Positions 38,767-39,854 of a stretch of 39,854 nucleotides of DNA are shown here, piece by piece. Origin of the DNA: Opitutales bacterium (lineage in GTDB: Bacteria; Verrucomicrobiota; Verrucomicrobiia; Opitutales; Intestinicryptomonadaceae); NCBI GenBank assembly GCA_017526045.1, contig JAFXRX010000269.1:1-39854 (forward strand), read 5' to 3'. The position numbers were made by a program, and so were the translations under genes. Numbering within the stretch: position 1 is the stretch's first letter; each line of letters opens with the position of its first letter. The notes under the pieces are model-generated. The model did no database searches and was not told where the DNA came from. It saw only the letters and a list, made by a program, of their open reading frames with translations.

Positions 38767-39559
38767 TGCGGCAAGTCTCAAAAATTCGATAGCGTCAATG
38801 CGGGAGCTCGAAAGCTTTTCGGCGTCGTCCCCCGCATATTGCGCGGCTTCGGTCAAGATTTTTGCCTCGCTTGTTTTCATTGTTTGCGCCGTTTCGTTTG
38901 GCGTTTACGATGTCAGGGTTGTTCTGTTTTTCATATATCCTTTTGTTCTGTTTTTTATCGTCAGGCCGCCCGCGCGGATTTTTTTCACGCGGATTTTGAT
39001 AGTGCTGCCGTTTGTTTTGTTCGCGGGAATTTCAAACGTAATTTTCGACTCGTCGCGCGTGGATCTGCCATTCGGCATTGAGATGCGCGGCGGGGTTGTT
39101 TCGTGCTTTACGCTGGTTTGCAAGGCGGTTTTGTGCGTGGGCTCTGTTTTGTTTTTGGTTTTGACAACACCCGTAAACGCAATCGCGGGGGGCTTGCGCA
39201 GGTTCAAAGTGCCGTGCGTTTTGGTTTTGCAAATCGTTCTTACTTTGCGGTATTTGGAAGTGATGCTCGAGGAGGCGGTGCGCATGAACAGCGCGTATTC
39301 CCTGCGCGCGCCAAACCGCAGGGGCGTGCATTTTTCCGACTGGCCAAAAATTGTGGCGCGGCTTTTTTTGCGGAGCCTTGACAGGGCGGAGAACATTTAT
39401 TCGGCGATGCTTTGCCGCGGCTTTTGCGCGAGGAAGTCTATGGATTTTTTTAGAAGCAAAGAGACTGCCGCGGAAATTTTCGCGCTAGCCGCGTTTTCGG
39501 CAAGCTGCGTTTTTTTGCGCGTTTTCAACTGGCAATTTCAGGATTTTTTAAGATGGTAA
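38756..39559 (+). CDS. cbiQ: ECF transporter transmembrane T component
   Basis: LRYL, AYSLR and RAENIYSAMLCRGF. Confidence 0.88.
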   Translation: MKDSAASLKNSIASMRELESFSASSPAYCAASVKIFASLVFIVCAVSFGVYDVRVVLFFIYPFVLFFIVRPPARIFFTRILIVLPFVLFAGISNVIFDSSRVDLPFGIEMRGGVVSCFTLVCKAVLCVGSVLFLVLTTPVNAIAGGLRRFKVPCVLVLQIVLTLRYLEVMLEEAVRMNSAYSLRAPNRRGVHFSDWPKIVARLFLRSLDRAENIYSAMLCRGFCARKSMDFFRSKETAAEIFALAAFSASCVFLRVFNWQFQDFLRW

Positions 39560-39854
39560 AAATTGAAAATTTAAGCGTGGAATACCCCGGCGGGCGCAGG
39601 GCTTTGCAGGGCGTGAGCTTCGATGTCGCGGGCGGCGAGAGCGTCGCGCTTCTGGGCGCAAACGGGGCGGGAAAATCGACGCTGTTGAAGGCGCTGGCGG
39701 GGCTTGCGGAAATTTCGGAAGGCAGCGCGCAAATTTGCGGCGAGAGGGTGGAGCGCAAAAATCTAAGGCATGTGCGCTCGCTCATCGGCTTTGTATTCCA
39801 AAATTCCGACGACCAGATGTTCTCCTTGACTGTCGAGGAGGACGTGCTCTTCGG
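39553..39854 (+). CDS. cbiO: ECF transporter ATPase; truncated at the window end and not in the ORF track
   Basis: MVKIENLSVEYPGG...GANGAGKST (Walker A)...GFVFQNSDDQMF..TVEEDV. Confidence 0.9.
   Translation, partial: MVKIENLSVEYPGGRRALQGVSFDVAGGESVALLGANGAGKSTLLKALAGLAEISEGSAQICGERVERKNLRHVRSLIGFVFQNSDDQMFSLTVEEDVLF

Overview
This is a housekeeping chromosomal segment from a bacterium that is probably Verrucomicrobiota (Opitutales-like). That assignment is an inference from the PEP-CTERM gene, kdsA and the rpsU style. Gene order: comEC-tilS-ftsH; two tandem paralogous lipoproteins; dnaE (broken by two 1-nt frame shifts); CBS/CorC protein; hisC; RmlD-like SDR; pyrG; rpsU; zupT; ndk-rsmG-kdsA; a large unknown protein; a ~750-bp intergenic region with parS sites; mnmG; TIM-barrel-ybeY-recO; tsaB plus a degenerate alanine racemase homologue; PEP-CTERM protein; a secreted hypothetical; a large Lys/Arg/Orn decarboxylase; a full biotin operon (bioB-A-F-GC fusion-D) coupled to a UDG-family gene; and a Ni/Co ECF transporter (cbiM/nikMN-Q-O, truncated). 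Three parS palindromes, mnmG/rsmG and an apparent GC-skew flip suggest the window is origin-proximal. I found no rRNA, tRNA, CRISPR, IS or prophage. Most notable: the Alr homologue lacking its PLP lysine, the parS cluster with an unannotated 52-aa membrane sORF starting inside one site, the twice-shifted dnaE (probably sequence error), the lipoprotein pair, strong GATC avoidance and a NikR-like operator. No clearly new multi-gene system is evident from sequence alone.
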